NCBI GenBank assembly: GCA_037443805.1
Contig: JBBINQ010000005.1
Location: forward strand, 9,607 to 73,606
Length of the DNA: 64,000 bases
Direction of reading: 5' to 3'
From: a candidate division WOR-3 bacterium
Lineage (GTDB): Bacteria > Hydrothermota > Tepidihabitantia > SM23-42 > JAOAFX01
Part shown: positions 57,049-64,000 of the stretch, piece after piece
Layout of the letters: each line of letters starts with the position of its first letter
Position numbering within the stretch: position 1 is the first letter of the stretch
Notes under the pieces: generated by a model
Database searches by the model: none
What the model saw: the letters and a program-made list of their open reading frames with translations, nothing else
What the model was told of the DNA's origin: nothing
Made by a program: the position numbers and the translations under genes

Positions 57049-59697
57049 GTGATGAAGAAAATTTTCGTATTGTCAGTATTAGTGGGCTTATGCTTAGGCT
57101 CTGATTTTATCCCGAGGGATAAGATTGAGACTATTGCCCATAAATTCATTAATCAAAGATATGGTTCTTCATACATACTTAAAGATATTATTACTTATTT
57201 TGGGGTAGATGAAGAACCGAATGCCTATGGTTTTGTTTTTCAGAATCAGGAGCAAAATATCACAATAATAATGGGAGCAAGGTATACTACATCACCAATC
57301 GGTGAGGTATACCAGGGGAGTCCATATTGTCAGAGGTTTTATAATCGTGCATTAGAATATTTGAGAACAAAAGCAATTGATAAATCAGAATTCAAACATT
57401 ATTACTATTTTGGAGCAGGAGAAGAGTATGCGGGTTTTGAATCAGGCGGAGAAAAACTTTTGATTAACTTAAGGAATTTCCAGATACGGACAGGTGAAGA
57501 TTTGATAAAATGTTCACCCGACCCGGTTCTTGAATCATTAACCCGTGAAAAGTGGGAACGGTATCTAAGCATTAGTGACTTTAGTACACGCCAGGGCGGT
57601 TATGTTGATTCTGTGCCTTTTATTGATTGGGTTTATGGCTGCTCGCCTACTGCTGCCTCAATGATATTCTGGTACTGGGATTATCGTGGTTATGGAAAAC
57701 TCGTTGACCATTTTTACACACACTGGGATACACCTGAGAATGAATGGAATGATTGTGCTAATACAAATCGGGAACTTGCTTTGGCAATGTATACTGATAC
57801 TACTACCGGTGGCACAACTATAGGTAATATCAGACCAGGAATGATTACAGTTGCCAATTCCTATAATGGCTACTCCTGTTCAGGTTCAACATCGCCTCAG
57901 GGCGGTTCCTGGAATCAGTATAATTTTTCCTGGATAAAGACTGAAATAGATGCCCAGAGGCCCTGCCACTGGAATGTGCTTTATTATTGGTATCCACCAA
58001 TGTCTGATTACATAAATCATTCTATAACTGGTGTAGGATATGAAATTACCAGTAGCGATACATTCATAATTGTTCATACAACCTGGGATAATGACGAACC
58101 ACTCTGGCCATTATGGACATATTACAATGGAGTATATTGCTATGATTATGTCGTAACCTTTTTACCTGGTGGTTCAAATCCAAACAATATCATTCTTGAT
58201 TATCCCAGGGGTGGTGATGTTTATAATCTACCCGTAATGTTTAAGAATCTGAAATACAGATTACGGTGGCATACTGAGGGGACTAATATTGACCATATAA
58301 AGATGTGGTGGTCAAAGGGCACTGATGCTGATGGATATGATTCTCTGCGCTGGACATTGATTGGCAATAATATTCCCAATACTGGGCAATATATCTGGAC
58401 CTGTCCATCTATCAGCTGTTCTCTCAGGGTCAATATCAGTGCACTGGATGGAAGTAATGTTAGACTTGCCGCAGATGGCAGTTTTGGTAGAGTTCAGGTA
58501 AGGGAATTGAATCATTCAGCAAATGTAAACCTTATAGGACACTATGATACACCAGGTTGGGCAAATGATGTGATTGTTATAGGAAACTATGCCTACATCG
58601 CAGATGGCACAAATGGTTTGTTTATCATAGATGTCAGTGATTCTACACTACCTGATTATGTGAACAAGGTTAGCCTGCCTGGTAATTCAGGAACAATTAT
58701 TGGAACAGCTCAATATCTATATATTGGTGACCGTGAAGATACTTTACGAATTCTTTCTCTCTCCAACCCTACCAATCCATCACAGGTTGGAAAATTGGCT
58801 TTTACTGATGATGTGCTCGGGCTATATATATCAGGGAATATCCTTTATGTTGCAGCCCGTTCACAGGGTTTAGTTATTGTTGATGTTTCAAACCCATCAA
58901 ATCCTGTGAGTCTTGGAACATTTAATACCACAGGATTTGCCTATGATGTAGTTGTTGAAAATAATCTTGCCTTTGTTGCTGATGCTACAAAAGGTGTGCG
59001 GATAATAGATGTCTCAACACCATCAAATCCAGTTGAAACCGGTTACTATGATACAAATGGCATTACCTATGCAGTGGCAAAATCAGGCAATTATATTTAT
59101 GCAGCAGATGGCACCGCGGGCATAAAGGTTTTTGACGGTTCAAGCCCTGATACTCTTTTGCTTTTAGGTTCTCTTGATACACCAGGAACAGCATCGGGTA
59201 TTCAATACTTCAACAACCATATTTTTGTCGCTGATGGCACAATGGGTGGAATAAGGGCAATAAATGTATCAAACCCATCTGCTCCTTCAGAAACAGGATA
59301 TATACTTTCCCTCAGCACAGCGACCGCCCTTTATTTGAGAAATAATCTGGTCTATCTACCTGATGGCAACACTGGAGTGCTTATTATTAAACAGGATATC
59401 GTGGGTATAGAAGAGAGGAGTATGACCGGATTAATCAATGCACTCAATCTCTTTCCTCAGCCAGCAAAGCAGGGTAATGGTATCCGCATCCATTTTGCGA
59501 CGGTTAAAGAGACCGATGGCGAAATTTATGTTCTTGACATTACAGGAAGAAAGGTCTCCACAATCTATGAAGGTAGATTTGTAAAAGGGAATAATGAATT
59601 CTCCTGGAGACCCGATGCATTGGCAGCCGGTGTTTATTTTATATCGGTCAAAACCAATACTGAAAAAATGTTTGGTAAGATACTTATAGTAAAATAA
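57049..59697 (+). CDS. Papain-like (C10/C39-like) cysteine peptidase + LVIVD repeats + T9SS type A sorting domain
   Basis: Prodomain, catalytic-like YGCSPTAASM and NHSITGVGY, repeated YAYIADG.GL.IIDVS.P..P units, CTD LFPQPA...VLDITGRKV...LAAGVYF. Confidence 0.8.
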   Translation: MMKKIFVLSVLVGLCLGSDFIPRDKIETIAHKFINQRYGSSYILKDIITYFGVDEEPNAYGFVFQNQEQNITIIMGARYTTSPIGEVYQGSPYCQRFYNRALEYLRTKAIDKSEFKHYYYFGAGEEYAGFESGGEKLLINLRNFQIRTGEDLIKCSPDPVLESLTREKWERYLSISDFSTRQGGYVDSVPFIDWVYGCSPTAASMIFWYWDYRGYGKLVDHFYTHWDTPENEWNDCANTNRELALAMYTDTTTGGTTIGNIRPGMITVANSYNGYSCSGSTSPQGGSWNQYNFSWIKTEIDAQRPCHWNVLYYWYPPMSDYINHSITGVGYEITSSDTFIIVHTTWDNDEPLWPLWTYYNGVYCYDYVVTFLPGGSNPNNIILDYPRGGDVYNLPVMFKNLKYRLRWHTEGTNIDHIKMWWSKGTDADGYDSLRWTLIGNNIPNTGQYIWTCPSISCSLRVNISALDGSNVRLAADGSFGRVQVRELNHSANVNLIGHYDTPGWANDVIVIGNYAYIADGTNGLFIIDVSDSTLPDYVNKVSLPGNSGTIIGTAQYLYIGDREDTLRILSLSNPTNPSQVGKLAFTDDVLGLYISGNILYVAARSQGLVIVDVSNPSNPVSLGTFNTTGFAYDVVVENNLAFVADATKGVRIIDVSTPSNPVETGYYDTNGITYAVAKSGNYIYAADGTAGIKVFDGSSPDTLLLLGSLDTPGTASGIQYFNNHIFVADGTMGGIRAINVSNPSAPSETGYILSLSTATALYLRNNLVYLPDGNTGVLIIKQDIVGIEERSMTGLINALNLFPQPAKQGNGIRIHFATVKETDGEIYVLDITGRKVSTIYEGRFVKGNNEFSWRPDALAAGVYFISVKTNTEKMFGKILIVK

Positions 59698-59770
59698 AGA
59701 AAGGAGGTGATAAAATAAACAAAAAAAATAAAGAAATAATTGGTTAAAGAAAAAAGAAAGGAGAGAAAAA

Positions 59771-61384
59771 ATGAAAAAACTATCAATTATTCTGGTTTTT
59801 GCATGTGTTATATGGGCAGTCACAGTGCCCGCAAATATTGATAAGGCAAAGATGGATGATGGTACCGGGTTCTATGACAAATCCGTACCTGTATCCACAA
59901 CCCGTGATATTTTAGTTGCGGACTCATCAGCAAATGAATACTGTATGTGGACCCAGCAACAGGAATGTCTTGCATACAATCCCGGGCTTGCCTATCTTGA
60001 ATTTGTCTGCAGAAATTTTGTAGTAGGCAATAATCTTGATGTCTGGCAGACCGATAGTGCTTTTTCCTTAACCCTGACTGATGAGAATGTCTATTCTCAG
60101 CAACTTGGTGGTGGTGCGCGGTATCCGAATTCAATTGCCAGTGATGATGGGTCAGGCAATGGTCCACATATCTCATTTCCTTATCTCATCACAGGTGCCT
60201 GGGGTGGGATGGGTGCACAGTATGAGAGCGGTGGTTGGTTCTCTTCATTCTGGGATGAACCAGTAGATGTGGGCCAGGGCAATATCGGAACCCATAAGAA
60301 TGATGGTAAGCAACTAGCAAATGGAAATATCCTGTTCATCGGTGTGACTGGCACATATGATATCCTTTATCGGGTCTGGAGCCCTGATTTAGGGACATAT
60401 ATTGGTGGTGGTGTGGTTGCACCAGCAACTTCATATTTCTGGGGCTTTGACATTAATAACGGGACTGCCTATGTGTTCTATTACGATGATAATCTGAATG
60501 TCTATTACAAGACCTCAACTGATGGTATCAACTGGAGTGGACAGCAGACCTATAATATGGTCTGGCCACAACCATTTACAAATAATGTGCTATACTGGTG
60601 CCAGATGGCAGTGACTGATGCAGGCAATCCGATTTTGGTGTTTGACTTCATCAATGGTGATGATGCTGATTATCCGTATGAGGGCAAGGTCTATGTCTCT
60701 ATAGCTTCTGGTCAACCCTGTATTGAGGTTGGGGATACAACAAGTGGTGCAGAGAACTTCTATCCAACAGTGGCAACGGGTGGTAATTATGTTGTGGTCT
60801 TGTTTGGTGAGACACGTAGTGGTTCAGGTCAGTATACATTCTGGGATGTTTATTACAACTATTCAGCAGATAATGGTGCGACCTGGCATACACCGATAAA
60901 CCTTACGAGTGGAATAACCGAGCATAACAACTGCCTCTGGCAGATTGCCAAGAGAGTCGACCCTGCAGGTAATGGGCAATTCTTCTTTGCATTCGGTTGT
61001 GCAATCTCTGACCCATTATTGGATTTATGGTATAATATCAATTGGGGTAGCCCAATTGCCAGCCGCTGGTATGTTGGTCGTAATCCAATTGTGGGTATTG
61101 CTGAGAACAAGACTGAAACGCCAAAGAAACTTACACTCAATATTACGCCGAATCCAGTGCGTAATCAGACCGGCATTTCCTATACCTTACCTAAGTCAGG
61201 TAGTGTCTCAATCAATCTCTACAGTGCAGATGGTAGATTGGTTCAGACCATTGACCAGGGTTATAAGAATGCTGGTCTCTATACAACCACGCTTGATGCC
61301 CGCGAACTCGCAAATGGCGCCTATATTGTTGTGCTCAAGACCGATAACAAGGCTGTCTCTGGTAAGGTGGTTGTTGCCCATTAA
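59771..61384 (+). CDS. Exported beta-propeller-like protein with Asp-box (BNR) motifs and T9SS type A sorting domain
   Basis: YKTSTDGINW, YSADNGATW; CTD ITPNPVRN..ISYTLP..LYSADGRLV..LANGAY. Confidence 0.78.
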   Translation: MKKLSIILVFACVIWAVTVPANIDKAKMDDGTGFYDKSVPVSTTRDILVADSSANEYCMWTQQQECLAYNPGLAYLEFVCRNFVVGNNLDVWQTDSAFSLTLTDENVYSQQLGGGARYPNSIASDDGSGNGPHISFPYLITGAWGGMGAQYESGGWFSSFWDEPVDVGQGNIGTHKNDGKQLANGNILFIGVTGTYDILYRVWSPDLGTYIGGGVVAPATSYFWGFDINNGTAYVFYYDDNLNVYYKTSTDGINWSGQQTYNMVWPQPFTNNVLYWCQMAVTDAGNPILVFDFINGDDADYPYEGKVYVSIASGQPCIEVGDTTSGAENFYPTVATGGNYVVVLFGETRSGSGQYTFWDVYYNYSADNGATWHTPINLTSGITEHNNCLWQIAKRVDPAGNGQFFFAFGCAISDPLLDLWYNINWGSPIASRWYVGRNPIVGIAENKTETPKKLTLNITPNPVRNQTGISYTLPKSGSVSINLYSADGRLVQTIDQGYKNAGLYTTTLDARELANGAYIVVLKTDNKAVSGKVVVAH

Positions 61385-61400
61385 GGATATTTTCTTTTAC

Positions 61401-61428
61401 AAAAAGGGGGCATTTATGCCCCCTTTTT
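61401..61428. terminator. Bidirectional intrinsic terminator between convergent genes
   Basis: AAAAAGGGGGCA-TTTA-TGCCCCCTTTTT. Confidence 0.88.
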
Positions 61429-61480
61429 GTTTTTTCTATTCTTTAATATTTTATGAAATTAAAAGCAAAGAATTAAATTT

Positions 61481-63514
61481 TTATTTATTAATAAATCTCA
61501 AATTTTGTAAGATTGGTTGGTAATTACGATTCTTTCTCAATCCCGTCTTCCAGAACTTTATAGCATTATCAGTGTCGTGTAAATTGTAATAACAGATTCC
61601 AATGAGATTATAGATTTCTGCTGGAATTTCATAACCCTGTGGGTACTTTATTGCCTTGGTGAAATTTTCAATTGCCCTTTGATAATCTTTTTGTTTCATA
61701 TAGAGCCGTGCCAGTGATTCATAGATTATTGGATTTGGAGAAGGTTTACTTTTTAAATATAATTCTAAGATTTCCTGAGCCTTTAATAAATCATTTTTGA
61801 GCAGGTAACAATCAGCAAGATTTATAAAAACCATTGCATCAGCATAAGGAACCATTATGCCTTTTTGAAGATAATATATCGCACTATCAACCATTCCTTC
61901 CCTTTTATATATATAACCAAGATGGTTTAATGGATAATGGAAATTGGGATTCAAATCTATAGATTTTTTAAAGCATTCTATTGCCTTTTCTCTATTATTT
62001 ATCTTGTTGTAATAGATGCCCGCAGTAAATAAAAATTCGTAGCTCAGTTCGTCATATGGTAGTGCAAAGCCGGCATTTAGATAGGTTTGCATTTCTGAGA
62101 ACCTTTTATTTTCAGTGAGGGCACTGATGATCTGGGTATAAGATAATGAGGCAGGTTTATGATATGGATAGCTATGCTTGAAAAATTTTATTTGTGTCAG
62201 GGGTATGAAAACTGCCAGAAGAATAATCAATTTTGTAAGATGGTCAAAATTTTTATATTTGATTGATTCAATAAATTTAATAATATAATAACCGGCAAAT
62301 ATACACAAAAGAGATATGATAGGTATACGATATCGTGAGGTAATAAATATCAATATAATGGTGATTGCATAGCCAGATAGCATCAAGAGCATAATTTGCA
62401 GGGTTCTTTTTTTACGGAGATTTGTATCGTACAATAATATAAAGATAATACCGGCAAAACTCAAGGGGAAAACTATATCTGCCCTTGGCAGGGGGAATTT
62501 ATTGACTATAGAAAAATTATTAAAGAATGTATCATCAATATTACGGGGAAATTCATAGGCATTTAAAAATAAAATTGCTTTTTTTATGGTTTTCCATAAC
62601 CAGACCAGTGGTCTTTGTATAATAAAACTAATTCCCATTCTGTACCAGTAATTTTGTTGTTCGCCAAAATTCGTGATTCTTTCTGAAAGATATGCGCTCG
62701 TCATCAAACTGTCCCATTGATAGCCTGGCTGGATTGCGACGGTTTTCTCCATTTCTAAATTATTTCCTACATAAAAATTTATCCCGCCGTTATAGGATAT
62801 GATTACTGGTTCATAAGCATATAAATAATTGCGCATCGTAACCAGAGCCGTTGGTGCCAATGTTAAAAGTAAAAACATTGTTAGATATTTTAATCTTTTT
62901 ACCAAAGCCATTTCTTTAACAACAACCCATAACCAACCTAATAAGATGGGCAAAAGAATCAAGAAATTGGTCAAGGTAATGCTCAAAAATCCATAACCAA
63001 TGCCTCCGATTAGCAACCATATCCATCTTAATGGTTTATTCTTACCAAATTCAGAAAATTTTATCAGACTGAATATTGAAAATAAAAATAAAAAACCAAT
63101 AAGGACTGAGGGAAGAATTTCTAAGTTTGCCTGGATGATTGGTAGATAGAGTGCATATATAAATGATGCTACTAATGCGGTCTTTTTATTGAATATATTT
63201 ATACAAACATAATAGAGTAATAGGATGCTTAACAGGTCAAGGAAAATCTGGACGATCTTTATGCCATTGATTGAATGATTGAAAATCTTTAATAGAATTG
63301 CAACAAAATAATAGTAAAATGGGGGATGATAATAAGAACTGGGTGGACCAAGGAAATTTTTTGTAAGGATATAATCAGCAATTTTGATATATTCGGCTCC
63401 ATCAACAACAGGAAAATTAAAGATGGGATTCTTTGATTCCAGTTCATAATAGTGAAAAAAACGTAAAAAGATTGCAATGAGTATTATCAAAATTATATAT
63501 TTATTTAATCGCAA
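61481..63514 (-). CDS. GT-C (PMT_2/GT39-like) glycosyltransferase with C-terminal TPRs
   Basis: PVVDGAEY, HPPFYYYF, about 12 TMs, NGGINFYVGNN, TSRYRIP, TPRs AIECFKKSIDLNP; TTG start. Confidence 0.8.
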   Translation of the reverse strand: MRLNKYIILIILIAIFLRFFHYYELESKNPIFNFPVVDGAEYIKIADYILTKNFLGPPSSYYHPPFYYYFVAILLKIFNHSINGIKIVQIFLDLLSILLLYYVCINIFNKKTALVASFIYALYLPIIQANLEILPSVLIGFLFLFSIFSLIKFSEFGKNKPLRWIWLLIGGIGYGFLSITLTNFLILLPILLGWLWVVVKEMALVKRLKYLTMFLLLTLAPTALVTMRNYLYAYEPVIISYNGGINFYVGNNLEMEKTVAIQPGYQWDSLMTSAYLSERITNFGEQQNYWYRMGISFIIQRPLVWLWKTIKKAILFLNAYEFPRNIDDTFFNNFSIVNKFPLPRADIVFPLSFAGIIFILLYDTNLRKKRTLQIMLLMLSGYAITIILIFITSRYRIPIISLLCIFAGYYIIKFIESIKYKNFDHLTKLIILLAVFIPLTQIKFFKHSYPYHKPASLSYTQIISALTENKRFSEMQTYLNAGFALPYDELSYEFLFTAGIYYNKINNREKAIECFKKSIDLNPNFHYPLNHLGYIYKREGMVDSAIYYLQKGIMVPYADAMVFINLADCYLLKNDLLKAQEILELYLKSKPSPNPIIYESLARLYMKQKDYQRAIENFTKAIKYPQGYEIPAEIYNLIGICYYNLHDTDNAIKFWKTGLRKNRNYQPILQNLRFINK

Positions 63515-63527
63515 GTCTGGATATATC

Positions 63528-64000
63528 CTATTTTATCAACCCCAGCCAGGGTCCTAAAAGAAATTGTAGTCTGCCTATCAAAAGACTCAAGCGTGCCATT
63601 ACTGTATATCCAAATGAAGCACCAAAGCCGACCATAATAAAAACAATCCCAACATAAGAAACAGGCTTGAGAATTCCTTTATGCTCTCTTGAAAAGAAAA
63701 AGAAAAATATTGTGGCAATGACACCGATAAATATCAATACTGCCCACAGACCTTGTTGCCAGTTCGTAAACAGATGGGGATAGAGAATTGTGCCCTGCAT
63801 CTGTTTTATTACATCTGCTTGGATGATTGCAGGAATGCTTACACCTGAAGAAAAGCCTAAGGCAACAGCAATGGGAATTCTGACGAGCCAGGAGATTTTA
63901 GGAATAAATCTGCAGAAATATAGTATACCGATAAACATTGGAATGAGCACAAGATAATTTCCGCCCTGTAAAGGCATAATAAGCCGCGGGGTCAATACCA
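63528..64000 (-). CDS. Partial membrane protein, paralog of 43122-43739 (5' end beyond the window)
   Basis: IPKISWLVRIP, FFFSREHKG, FGASFGYTVMARLSLLIGRL match the 43122 protein; frame open to the window edge. Confidence 0.85.
   Translation of the reverse strand, partial: VLTPRLIMPLQGGNYLVLIPMFIGILYFCRFIPKISWLVRIPIAVALGFSSGVSIPAIIQADVIKQMQGTILYPHLFTNWQQGLWAVLIFIGVIATIFFFFFSREHKGILKPVSYVGIVFIMVGFGASFGYTVMARLSLLIGRLQFLLGPWLGLIK

Noticed and set aside
1-64000. Alternative genetic code, selenocysteine or stop read-through
   Set aside because: All recognisable genes are full length under the standard code; TGA, TAA and TAG all act as stops.

Overview
A 64-kb, AT-rich bacterial chromosomal segment that is densely coding and reads cleanly in the standard genetic code. 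I found no prophage, integrase, transposase, rRNA or CRISPR array. Gene content (T9SS type-A CTD proteins, PorV-family barrel, TonB system, large Alu-type SRP RNA) suggests a diderm of the FCB-adjacent uncultured lineages, WOR-3-like by my recollection of protein style; this is inference, not a database result. Housekeeping genes: ridA, rnc, alr, ffs, dnaX, ybaB, gyrA, dCMP deaminase, tRNA-Thr/Tyr, queG, guaB, endonuclease Q-like, wza/wzc, ftsB, ricT, mazG, rsmG. Three blocks of unknown function stand out. (1) An 11-kb minus-strand run: alr, LysM protein, cNMP-binding protein, small membrane protein, 1242-aa TPR, coiled-coil/TPR, DUF4412-like, ECF sigma, anti-sigma. (2) A translationally coupled operon at 40.6-46.8 kb: a four-gene DUF6754-type membrane complex, a DUF4388/wHTH protein, two roadblock-like proteins and two paralogous 3-TM proteins; a second copy of one membrane subunit lies at the window edge. 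(3) An ExbB-ExbD-ExbD-TonB, lipoprotein, TonB-dependent receptor, 986-aa CTD protein, PorV, two T9SS cargo locus. Non-coding signals: twelve sigma70-like promoters all with a 16-nt spacer, six apparently leaderless genes, an SRP RNA with an extra hairpin inserted in its Alu domain, and an 11-copy heptamer microsatellite.
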